Shown: piece by piece, positions 34,070-47,300 of the stretch
Numbering within the stretch: the stretch's first letter is position 1
How the letters are laid out: each line of letters opens with the position of its first letter
From: Octopus vulgaris
Lineage: Eukaryota
Length of the DNA: 64,000 bases
NCBI GenBank assembly: GCA_951406725.2
Contig: OX597814.1
Location: 194,680,001 to 194,744,000, forward strand
Direction of reading: 5' to 3'
The notes under the pieces: generated by a model
Told to the model about the DNA's origin: nothing
The model's database searches: none
The model's input: the letters and a program-made list of their open reading frames with translations, nothing else
Translations under genes and position numbers: made by a program

Positions 34070-37000
34070 CTGAAGAAGAGGAAAATATAGAATTAACAGA
34101 AATATTCTTGTTCTTTCTAAAAAAAAAAAAAGGAAGGCAAGTTTTGTTTAGATTTGGGGATTAGCAGAGATCAGGCAATTGCCATAATATGAAGATGATG
34201 ATGAAAACCTTTTAATTACCTTTGTTGGAGCAGAATCAGTAGATTTTCTTAAACAAAAATAGCAACGTATTTTGAAAATATTTAGAAAAGTTTTTGATAT
34301 CTAAACAGCTTCTGAATAGCATTTTTGTATATATTGAAGCAACTACAGCTGATAGTTTTGATATTAAAATGATTTACAGGTTTTGTGCTTCCCATTAACC
34401 AATATTTTGTCATTTACCTCAACATTTCTATTGGGTTGTCCGGAAAGTTCGTGCCGATTTATAGTAGCTTACCTTTCGACTTATTATAGAACATGGTTGA
34501 CTCCATAAAATAGGATTTGATGACACCTCCATTTAGAGCACAGTTTAAGCTATCTTTTCATGGAAGAAGGTTTATGTTCCTATAACCTGGGTTAATTCTG
34601 TAACCCTTTAAAATGGAAGATAAAGTTCATTTTCGGCACTTGATGATTTGGGAACCAGACAAAAATTGCTGCAGCTCGGCTCGGATGTGTTGCCCCACCC
34701 TCCATATTCACCAGATATTGCTCCGCCTTCGGATTTCCACATATTCAGGTCTCTGCAGAATAGTCTTAATGATAAAAATTTCAGTTCTTTGGGTGACGTA
34801 AAATTCTTTGCCATGAAACCACCTCCATTCTGGGAAGAGGGTATTTTCAAGTTAAAGGAAAGATGGGGACGCATTGTGCAACAAAATGATTCATATTTGG
34901 TTGATTAAAAATGTAATGACAAATATTTATTGACCTTTTTCTTTCCTTTAAAAATCCGCACAAACTTTCCGGACAACCCAATACATATAATACATTGCCA
35001 TATTTAAAGTGAACAGCAAGGATAAAAACAATGACTTGTATATTTATTATGTTTTGACAGATCTAACTGTTGTGTTTTGTCATTGGAAAAATAACTTTTC
35101 CATTATCATGAATGTATATCCATGAGACAAAATTATTTCAAAATATCAGCCATCTCAGAATCCCTCTCATGAATCAAGTATGTCATGAACACATTCCTAT
35201 TAATCTTTTAGCATTCAGGAATTTATCCTGCATTATCTTGTAGCATTGAGATTTCAATTATGTGAATATTTATTTTATGGCTAACATTGTAGAGTAGGTG
35301 TGAGAGGCTGGATCTGGCAAGTTTGAACATAAGACAGGTAGAATATTTAAGTTGGATGTGGCCAGTTTAAGTGGTAACGGGCTAAAGGAAAGATTGTCCT
35401 GTGTCTAAACAGCAGTTAGCATATTCACAAGTGAATCTGCCAAAATCATAGTTTCTACATATGTTTCACCAAAATGGTAGCAACAAAATTATGTAACTTA
35501 TTATGACCACCACCAAAGAACTGCCTTTATGTAGTGTTCAACAGAGTTATTTTATAACTCTATAGGAAACTTCTGCTCAGCATTGAAATGAATGAAGTAA
35601 TTGTCAGCTATAACAGTGGTTGCTGATATTTTAAGCAGTAAACTCCATCTCACAATATTATTAATTTACAGCAGCACTGAACTATACATACTGTATTTGA
35701 TAGCATAAAAGATGTATGGGCATATTAGATACACCCAATTTCAGCAGTGTAAATTCTGGAAAAAAAGATTTTTAGTGCGTTAACCCTTTTGATACCAACC
35801 TGGCTGGGATTGGCCCTAGTTGTATGATACAAACTTCTTGTTTCAAAGTGATTTAAACTAAGACTGTAAATTGATATTCCGTGTTAATTTATGTTCCAAA
35901 CAGCAGCTTAATAATGGAAGCTTGAGAGGCAGTTGGATGGAACTTACACTCGCCTCCTTATGAGAGCTCTAAATCTCTCGTGGAAGCGTCATCCAACCAA
36001 AGTACAAATATATGGAAAACTACCACCTGTATCATCTCTTGTGAAAGGTAGAAGAGTCCAGTTTGCTGGACATTGTTGTAGAGCTGAAAATGAGGTAATT
36101 TCTACTCTTCTCCTCTGGAAGCCATCTACTCGCAATACCAGAGGTCGCACACTCTCCTACCCTGATGTAATCTACAGGCATCCAGCAATAGGACCACCGT
36201 AATGCTATGATGGACCGTGATGTCTGGCGTAACATAGTAAATTCCATTGTCTCGACCACAGTCGAACAATGATGATGATGATAATAATGGTTTCAAATTT
36301 TGGCACAAAGCCAGCAATTTCAGAAAAGGGTTAAAGCGAGTTCATTGATCCCAGTGCTCAATCCGAAAGGTTGGAAGGCAAAGTTGACCTTGACAGAATT
36401 CAAACTCAGAACATAATGAAATAATAATAATAATTGTGTACAGTGCTCAGGTGCACTACAACTCATCTAAAGTGTATATATAATCAGGTGTAGTTTCGGC
36501 GGATTTCGGAAAGCATGAGGGCCTTAAAGGATGCAGTGTCATGGCAGTCAACAACTGACGCAGGCAGTTTATTCCATGCTTCAGCAACTCTGAGCGTGGC
36601 GCTAAGCATTTTGCCTGACACGTTAAGAATTCTGCCAACTCACCGTCTTACACCAGTTTAATGGTGACAAAGTTGTTTTACAACATTCTTCATTATTTTA
36701 AAAATTATTTGAAAAACGGCAAAGTATTTCAGCTGGAATGTGGTGTCAAAAGGGTTAATGCAATATTTAAAGCAACTTCACATATCAGAGCCAGTATGAT
36801 TTTTTTTTTCAAAGTGGGTCTTATATGCCATCAGATACAGTAATTAAGACATTTGCCAACATGACAAACAATTTCGAAATAAAAGCCTTAGGCTCCATTT
36901 GATATTTTGAGTTCACTGATAGTACTTCGTAAGTGAGTAACTAAGACATGCTCTTTCATCTTTCTTGACCGAATAGTCATGTGACAAAGTGTTGCATTAT

Positions 37001-40000
37001 GGGAAAGCTACCTGTGTCATTTAACTAGCAGTAGAACAAATCGAAAGAAAGTGGGTCTTATATGCCATCAGATACAGTAATTAACCCTTTAGCATTTAAA
37101 CCGGCCATATCCGGCCAAAAGTATTCTGCCTGTTTTATGTTCAAACTGGCCAGATCTGGTCTCTCACACCAATCCTACAATATCGTTTTAAAAATTAACA
37201 GTTACCTTATCAGAATCTCATAGCTACAAGATAATGCATGATTAGTTCAAAACAATGTGGATGAAAAAGCATTAATTTTGGCAGAATAATGTGAACACTA
37301 AAGGGTTAAGACATTTGCCAACATGACAAACAATTTCGAAATAAAAGCCTTAGGCTCCATTTCATACTTGTGTTCACTGATAGTACTTCCTAAGTGAGTA
37401 ACTAAGACATGTTCTTCCAGCTTTCTTGACTGAATGGTCATGTGACAAAGTGTTGCATTATGGGAAAGCTACCTGTGTCATTTACCTAGCAGTAGAACAA
37501 ATCGAAAGAAAGTGAGAGAATTTGATTGGGATGAAAGTTCCACTTTGGTTAATCTTTCTACAAAGACTAACCAACATAAACAGTTTTCTGTCAACGTGTT
37601 TTTGTAACGTTACCAGTTTTATTTCTCAACACTTTGCACTGACCAATCTCTTATTACTTACAAAGCTTATATTCAATTTTCCGTTAAAGCAGACTTCCTG
37701 GATTGCCACTGAAACATTTACTTCGGCCACGCATCTTCTGTCATGGCCAAACGGTAAAGCTATTTAACTGACACGATTTAGCTGCTGATCCCAGTGGCGC
37801 CATGTCTTTCCTTTGTCATAACTACTCTGATGTTTTAAGTCTTCAAAGGGAAACAAGGGTGTAAATTAGAAGACTAAACAATCATAGATATAACTTAGAA
37901 AGAATTTAGCTTCTTACAGTCAAGGGTTGAATGAAATAAGCAAAATAAACAAGCAATACAAAAATGTCTAGAACTAGACAATATTGATTGAAGAATGTTT
38001 CATAATGAAGTTAGTAAGGATGTGTAGCTGTAAAATACATCATTTGCACCAGAATCATCTTCACATAGTGATTTAGAACAAGACACAATAGAAGAGTTTC
38101 CTGGTGGTTTCTTCAGGCCCATGGACTATGGCCATGCTGGGGCACTGCCTTGACGTGTTTACACAAATTCACCCCAGTACTTATTTTTTGCAAGCCCAGT
38201 ACTAATACTATTGGTCTCTTTTGCCGAACTGCTAAGTTATAGGGGACATAAAAACATCCGTATTGGTTGTTAAGTGATGGTGGAGAGTCAAACACAGACA
38301 CACCTACATAAATATATATATATATGCTGATGCCAGCGCCGCTTTGACTGGCTTCTGTGCCGGTGGCACGTAAAAAGCACCCACTACACTCATGGAGTGG
38401 TTGGCGTTAGGAAGGGCATCCAGCTGTAAAAACACCGCCAGTCAGACTGGCGCCTGGTGCAGCCTCCTGGCTTCCCAGACCCCGGCTGAACCGTCCAACC
38501 CATGCTAGCATGGAAAACAGACGTTAAACAATGATGATGATGATGATATTTATATATATATAAGTCCTGGGGTCAATTTGCTTGACTAAAGGCGGTGCTC
38601 CAGCATGGCCACAGTCACATGACTGAAACAAGTAAAAGAGTATCAATATTTACATACATTTCATGATGACCTGTCTACCACTAACAGTGACACAACAGCC
38701 ATGTAGAAATGGGACCCATTGTTGATCAGGTAACCTGAGGCAAACGGTTATATTTTTGCTGTGTGTTACTTCATAGTAGCTTCTTTAATTTCACAGCCTC
38801 AGGTACAAAAATGTTTAACGCTTTTCCAGTGGAAATCCGATATATCCACCTAAAATTTCATTTCTCTTAATTACAGAAAGAGTTTTAAGTACTAATTTAT
38901 CATTTGATGAAGAATGTTATGTTTGGAACAACTTTTTTGTTGAGATATGTCAAGTATATTGAGGCAATGTGACTTGCAGAAAATACCAATTGTATTTTTT
39001 GGTAGCTATTTAGCATCATTAGTGGAATAACCAGTAATGGAATAACCAATTTCGCAGTTGAAGGATTAAAAGAAGGCAAAAGACACAAATGTACAGAAAT
39101 GTTTGCAAGAAGGGGGGAAAAAAAACCTAGAAAGGATTTTGTTTAAAATTCTAGGAATTAGTTAAGTGTTCTTATAACAAAAAATAAACAAGAACCATGT
39201 CTCCACTCTTGTAAAAAAACAAGCAAACAAAAAAAAAAAACAGATTCTGATTCTGTCTGACTCCATCTCTTCACTAGAAAAAAAATCTATACATTAAACA
39301 AATGATGCAGAAGGAGAGCTTCTCAAGTACATTGACCTGCCATCAGAAATGTGAGTTTTAAGTACCGCAAACTACACCACTCTTCAACTGCATATTTTTG
39401 CTATGACACCAACAATGATTATTTCTACAGACAGCTGTTTCAAATATTATCTAATGAGGTTAAATGAGGCTGAAACATTAGACAGGAATCTAACTTACCG
39501 ATTATATATTAATCCTGTAAGTGGATAATCTGTTAAAACCTTCATGTTATCGCAGTTTTCAATATCAGTTCCCCAAGCAATAAGTGACAAATTTTCTCGG
39601 GCACACATCTCCATAAGTTCTGTATCTTTCAGTAACTCTTCTGCATGAGCACAAATACCCTTAAAAATAGAAAACAAACAAATAATGTGTAGATTAGACC
39701 AGGGTATGGTTGTGTAGTTAAGAAGATTGCTTTGTAACCATACGTTTTGGGCTCAGTTTCACTTCATGGCACTTTGGGCAAGTGTATTCTACTATAACCC
39801 TAGGTTGACTAAAGCCTTGTGAGTGGATTTGGAAGATCGAAATTGAAAGAGACAGTTGTGTGTGTGTGTTAATCAAAGTGTACGTGGACAGATATATGAG
39901 TGCATTTTTTTCCCTAACTTATGAACTCTTAGATGGCTTGCTTACACACACCCTCCTCCTCCTCATCATCATTTAATGTCCGTTTAATGTCCAATGCTGG

Positions 40001-43000
40001 TGTCATGTAAAAAGCACTCAGTACAACAGACAAGTGGAACCTGGTGCAGCTTGCCAACTCCTTTCAAGCTGACCAATTAATGCCAGCAGACATTTAAAGA
40101 GTCTCTTTGAGTGGCTCTTTGTTTAGAGGTAAAACTAAAAGCTGATAAATTTTACTTTCATTGTTTTCCCTAAATTTAATGTTAATTTTCATAGAATCGA
40201 CAAACAATGGTGAAAGAACTACTCACAGGAAGAGATTCAGCCTTCGCAAAGCTAATAGCAGTGCTTGTTGTATGGCAACGGGCATCCTTGTAGGACATCC
40301 AATGACTATTTATTCCCTGTGTCAAAAACAGAACAGGATACTTGTTCTGTTTTAAATGTAACCTGTTAAAAATAGAAATAGAAATAATTAACTGATTGTA
40401 TACAGAGCTCGGGTGCACTACAACTCATTGGAAAAAGTAGCCAAAAGTGCATGAACAGTACGCAGAATAAGCACAGGATGTGAACAGTAAATGAGTCATT
40501 AACGAAAAGGTGAGGGTGAAGTGGGGGTATCAGGTATACTGTTGGTGAATGTTAGGCGGCGAGCTGGCAGAAACGTTAGCACGCCAGGCGAAATGCTTAG
40601 CGGTATTTCATCTGCCGTTACGTTCTGAGTTCAAATTCCGCCGAGGTCGACTTTGCCTTTCATCCTTTCGGGGTCGATAAATTAAGGACCAGTTACGTAC
40701 TGGGGTCGATATAATCGACTTAATCTGTTTGTCTGTGCTTGTTTGTCCTCTCTGTGTTTAACCCCTTGTGAGTAGTAAAGAAATAGGTATACTGTTGGTG
40801 AATGTCAGGAAATATGGAAGTTTTGAAGGATGTAGTGTCTCGGCAACTAACAACTGATGTGGGTAGTTTATTCCATGCTTCAGCAATTTTGAGTGCGAGA
40901 AAATGTTTCCAAAAGTCATGGGTGCTGTGTTGTTCTTTGATTTTGTAAGCATGTCCACAAGTGTTAAATATAAGGAATTCAAAAGTGCCCAAAGTTGTTG
41001 TTGGAAAGATGGTGGATAATCTTGTGGGTGCCTACCAAGTCAGTTGCTAGATGTTGGAGCTTTAATGTGTCAAATTCCCAGGGAACCGAGATCTTCAGAG
41101 TGTGGTAGATGCCTGACAGTGGGTACTCATTTGGCTGCATGTTTCTGAATAGTTTCCAGGAGATTGATATGCTGAGCAAGCTAGGGGTTCCAGACTGGTG
41201 ATGAAACAATGAAAATCAAAACCTCAAAACGATTGTTGTGGTAGTTTGGCTTCCAGGTTTCACTGAGAGACATTCCAGTCATGACTATCCCACATTTATT
41301 GCAGTGTATCAAGGATCACATTATTCCCTTCTTCATCAAGATGCTAAGGCCTGACTTGACATAGATTTGGCTACTGTTTCTAGCAGGTTGTAAAAGCGCT
41401 TTTTGGGCTCTGAAAGTTTCTAAAAGAGATATACATGAGTCAGTAAGAGAGCCTCTACACAGCCACTCAGCTTGCTAAAAGTAGCAACAAAATTTCTCTC
41501 TCAAATCACACCCTGGTGTCTAAAAAAAGATAAAAAAAGGGGGTATATAAAATAATATTGTCCTAGATATGGTATGTGTATAACAGTCAGGATGGTCACG
41601 GGAACATTTTTGATCAAAGTTCAGGTGGATCAAGTCTATCTTAAGGGTTAAATAACAACCATAGGTGAAGTACAAAACATCAAATTATTATCATAGAAAC
41701 CAAATGAATGAGCAGATGGAGGAGAATAGCAACAACTACCTTTAACATGAAAAACAGAGTGGCTGTGTGGTAAGTAGCTTGCTAACCAACCACATGGTTC
41801 CTGGTTCAGTCCCACTGCGTGGCACCTTGGGCAAGTGTCTTCTGCTATAGCCTCGGGCTGACCAATGCCTTGTGAGTGGATTTGGTAGACGGAAACTGAA
41901 AGAAGCCCGTCGTATATATGTATATGTATATATATGTATGTGTGTGTGTGTTTGTGTGTCTGTGTTTGTCCCCCTAGCATTGCTTGACAACCGATGCTGG
42001 TGTGTTTATGTCCCCGTCACTTAGCGGTTCGGCAAAAAGAGACCGATAGAATAAGTACTGGGCTTACAAAGAATAAGTCCCGGGGTCGAGTTGCTCGACT
42101 AAAGGCGGTGCTCCAGCATGGCCACAGTCAAATGACTGAAACAAGTAAAAGAGTAAAAGAGAGAGAGAGTAAAGCAGGTACTGATATACTTTTAACGTCG
42201 TGAGTAAAGACATTTTCAAACTAAATCCCTACTGAATACTGTTAATTTATTTTCATTAACTTAAACTCCAGGGTTGTCTCCCTTGACCAGCATTGATTAT
42301 AGAGCAGATAAATTCTTTTCTTCTCATTACGCAAATCTCAATAATAATAATGTTTTCTACTCTAGGCACGAGGCCCGAAATTTTTGGGGAGGAGGCCAGT
42401 CGATTAGATCGACTCCAGTACGCAACTGGTACTTAATTTATCGACCCCGAAAGAATGAAAGGCAAAGTTGAACTCGGAGGAATTTGAACTCAGAATGTAA
42501 AGACAGACGAAATACTTATTTCTTTATTACCCACAAGGGGTTAAACACAGAGAGGACAAACAAGGACAGACAGATGGATTAAGTCGATTATATCGATCCC
42601 AGTGCGTAACTGGTACTTAATTTATCGACCCCGAAAGGATGAAAGGCAAAGTCAACCTCGGCGGAATTTGAACTCAGAACGTAACGGCAGACGAAATACC
42701 ACCGCTAAGCATTTCGCCCAGCATGCTAACGTTTCTGCCGCTGCTGCCGCCACCACCACCACCACCAGCAATAATAATAATTAATTCTTTTTATCGGCCA
42801 CAGGGGCAGCAATAATAATAATAATAATAATAATAAGGCGATGCATTGTGTTCTCGAGCAAAACACTTCATTTCACGTTGCTCCAGTCTACTCAGCTGGC
42901 AAAAATGAGTAACGCTGCGATGGACTGGCGTCCCATCCAGCTGGGGAACACATACGCCATAGAAACCGGGAAACCGGGCCCATGAACCTGGCTAGGCTTT

Positions 43001-44255
43001 AAAAGGGTGCATTTATTTATTTTTATATTACACTGTTGTTTAGCCACCCGAACCCCTCACTACCCAGCCTTCATCTGGCAGATCTGTGATCAAAAGGTGT
43101 TGCAGTTATGACTTCCTTCTTTTTATTTTTTTATCAAGTATAATATACCTAGAGCTGCATCATCAAATGTGCTCATTTTCTATAAACAGTAAAGTGCTAT
43201 TTGTATCCTTTATTACTCAGTCAAATGTGATGCTTATTTATTCACATCGTCTTCAATTAACCATGCAGCATCTTGTAACTTTTCTTGTAAGGTATCTTGT
43301 AAGATTTTGATGCTATGTCTAGTTATTTAGAATGGCATTATAGAGTAGGTGTGAAAGGTTGGATCTAACTAGTTTGAAAATAAAGCAGACTATTTTGGCC
43401 AGCTAAGGCTGGTTTAAATGCTTAAGGGTAGAGGGAGAATTGGCTGCTATGTCTATCTGACCAGTATACTATCTCAAGGAATCATAACTCATTAATGATA
43501 TAATAATAATAATGAAATTATTGTATACAGTGCTCAGGTGCACCACAACTTGTCAGAAAGTGTGTATAAAGTATATGCAGTAATGTACAAATGTCTGGAA
43601 AGCGAACAGTGTATGAGTCAGATACATGCTTGTGTGTGTATGGAGGGGAGAAAATCAGGTGTTGTGTTGGCGAATCTCAGGAAGCATTAAATAGTATATG
43701 GTGAATCTAAACATACATTTTTCTACAGAGGTAATAAAAAAATACAGCTGTACTTACATACAACATAAATCTGGTTCAAATGTTGAGAAAATAATTTTTC
43801 GCTTTCCTGAATGCTTAAATATTTTAGCCAATATAATATCCAGAAAAAAGTTGGCATCAAAGATGTCCTCGCTTTCCATTGTGCCATCCTAAAAACAAAA
43901 GGAAAGAGAAATGTTAACTATATATATATATATATATACATAATAATATAAATAACATAAATATATGCATATATACATACATATATGTACATACCTACAT
44001 ACATATGTATATATATACATGCATATATGGGTACAGGACATAAAATAAAAAAACGTTGAGCTGTTACTATGTTTTTGTTTTTGTTTCTCATTATGTTTAA
44101 CGTTTTTTTTTGATGTCCTGTACCCATATATGCATGTATATATATACATATGTATATAGGTATGTACATATATGTATGTTTATATGCATATATTTATATA
44201 TTATTTATATTATCATATGATCAAATGCCGTGCATCCATTTCCAAGTAAGTTTCA

Positions 44256-44327
<72 letters not shown>

Positions 44328-47300
44328 TATATAGAACGCCATGATAGATCGTTAGCTCCTACACGCATTTTTTTTCTCTCCTCTCCTTGTTTTTTTTTCT
44401 GTGTATCTTTCTGTCGAAGAGCGTAGGCTCGAAACGTAAAAGACTTGTTCTATTTCTATTTCTGAGCGCCATACTAATACATTTGTTTGTTTGTACTCCA
44501 CCTGCCTTTGTCTTTTGTTTATTTTCGTAAACTTTCCCGTTATATATACACACACACACACACACATACATGGATAGGTAGATGGGTTTTCATGTTTTGT
44601 AAGCAATGGTATCACACACACTGGGTTTGCAATGCAAAAAATGCACAAAGATCATCAAATTGTTGATGCAGAAATTTAAAATTCTGAACATAAGTTTCTA
44701 TAGCTGTATCAGTTAATAAATATAGTTCTCTATTTCCAATGATGTTGAGGTCTATCTCATTTAAGGCCAGCAATTTTGAGTGGTGGGGCTAGTTGATTTC
44801 ATCAACACATAGTGCCCAGCTGGTATTTATTTTATTGATTCTGGTATTTATTTTATTTATGTCCTTGTAACTTAGTGGTTCAGCAAAATATCAATAAAAT
44901 AAATACCAGGTTTTAAAGTGAACATAAGTACAGGGGTCGATTTGTTCAACTAAAACCCTTGGTTTTGGTGGGTGCAGCAGTGTGGTCACAGTCCAATGAC
45001 TAAAACACATATAAAACAAATAAATGAAAGATAAAATTAAAACTTACAATACATTCTAAAGGGTATTTAATTTCTACATTGAATCCAATTTCTTCAGGAA
45101 CTTCTTCAAGACATTTCTCAAGGGTAGGAAATGGTTGGTCAGGGTTACCATCTGTTTCGGTAATTGGCACTACAAAAAGAAGAGTTATCAATGAACAACA
45201 AAACAACAAAAATAATTCTTTCTACAATAAGCATGGGAACTGGAATTTTGGAAGAAGGGACCAGTCGATTATATAAACCCCGGTGCTGAACTGGTACTTA
45301 TTTAATTGAACTTGAAAGGATGAAAGGCAAAGTTGACCTTGGTGGAATTTGAACCCAGAATTTAAAGCTGGATGAAATGTCACTAAACATTTTGTCCGGT
45401 GTGCTAACAATTCTGCCAGCTTGCTACCTTTTAACCCTTTCGTTACTGTATTTATTTTGAGAAGCTCTGTGTTTCTTTCAATTACTTTAAATATAAGAAA
45501 GAATTTAGTAAAATAACTGGCACGTAAAAAGCACCATCCATTCGTGGCTGTTGCCAGCGCCGCCCCGACTGGCCTCCGTGCCGGTGGAACGTAAAAGCAC
45601 CATCCGTTCGTGTCCGTTGCCAGCCTCGCCTGGCCCCCGTGCTGGTGGCACGTAAAAGCACCATCCGTTTGTGGCCGTTTGCCAGCTCCGTCTGGCACCT
45701 GTGCAGGTGGCACGTAAAAAGCACCCACTACACTTGCGGAGTGGTTGGCGTTAGGAAGGGCATCCAGCCATAGAAACACTGCCAGATCAGACTGGGCCTG
45801 ATGCAGCCTTCTGGCTTCACAGACCCCAGTTGAACTGTCCAACCCATGCTAGCATGGAAAACGGATGCTAAATGATGATGATGATGATGATGAACTTAGT
45901 TATCATTAAGCTAGTGATAGGAACATAAATTGTGACTAAGGTTTAGTTGAAGATTTTAATTCAAAACTTATGTAAACAAGAAATTTGTACTCAGAGCCAG
46001 GGACGGTTTCATCCGGGTTGGTAATGAAAGGGTTAATGGTTGCAAAGTTTGACATCATCATCATCGTTTAACGTCCGCTTTCCATGCTAGCATGGGTTGG
46101 ACAATTTGACTGAGGGCTGGCGAACCAGATGGCTGCACCAGGCTTCAATCTTGATCTGGCAGAGTTTCTACAGCTGGATGCCTTTCCTAACGCCAACCAC
46201 TCCGAGAGTGTAGTGGGTGCTTTTTATGTGCCACTGGCACGGGGCCAGTCAGGCGGTACTGGCAACGACCTCTCTCGAATCTTTTACACATGCCACCGGC
46301 ACAGGTGCCAGTAAGGCGATGCTGGTAAGGATCATGCTCGAATGGTGCCTTTTAACGTGCCACTGGCATGGAGGCCAGATAGCCGCTCTGGCAATGATCA
46401 TGCTTGGATGGTGCTCTTAACACCCGACTAGCTCGGGGCTCGAGTGCCAGTAAGGCGACGTTGGTAACAATCACACTCAAATGGTGCCTTTTATGAAGTT
46501 ATCATACATTATCCCATACCCTGTCTTGTAGCTTTGAAATTTCAATGATGTGGCCTTTTATTTTGAACTAGCAGTATCGCCCAGCGTTGCTCGGGTTTGT
46601 AAGGGAAATAACTATATAAGCATTTTTGGAGATGTAAAGTATAATAGCCATCTCAATATGGCTAACCACAAAGGGGGGGGTGTTACTGTAGCTTTTTACG
46701 TTCTGAGATTTAATAATAAATTTTTAGAGAGTTACCTCACTTATATATGCCAAAAATGCATTAAAAATGGGAAAAAATTATGGTAAATTTTTTTTTAAAT
46801 CGTAGACTCATCGTAGACACGCACTAATACCCAGAAGCGCTCAATATGAATCACAACTATAAGATACCCGGTTTTGGTTAAACTGCACCGCAAAATGTGG
46901 GAGTAGTTAGGAATCTAAATCGTAGGAGACAGACAGCACCCAACCTCTCATTTATATATAAAGATATAAAGATAACATTGTAGGTGGATGCGATAGGCCA
47001 CATCTGACTGGTTTGAACATAAAAAAGAATATTTGGGCTGTTTTAAATGCAAAGGTGTCAGGTACTACTCCTTCTTCCCTAACTACCTACACCTTAAAAA
47101 GCATAAATAACCAGAATTTCATTAAAATTAATTTAGGAGAGGTTCTAGAAGAGTTTTCCCGGATTCAGAATCTTATATTAAAAATAATTCATCCCAACAG
47201 TATCATTTGGGTGCCAAAACACTTTATTTTTACAAATCCTAATCTTATTTTACATGTGACACATTCCAATAAAGACAAAATCAGAAATGGATAATGTTCT

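Noticed and set aside
38000-38027. Alternative GPCPD1 last exon (RYTSLLTSL*)
   Set aside because: Weaker pyrimidine tract and poorer fit than 34069-34027, which also has a downstream AATAAA
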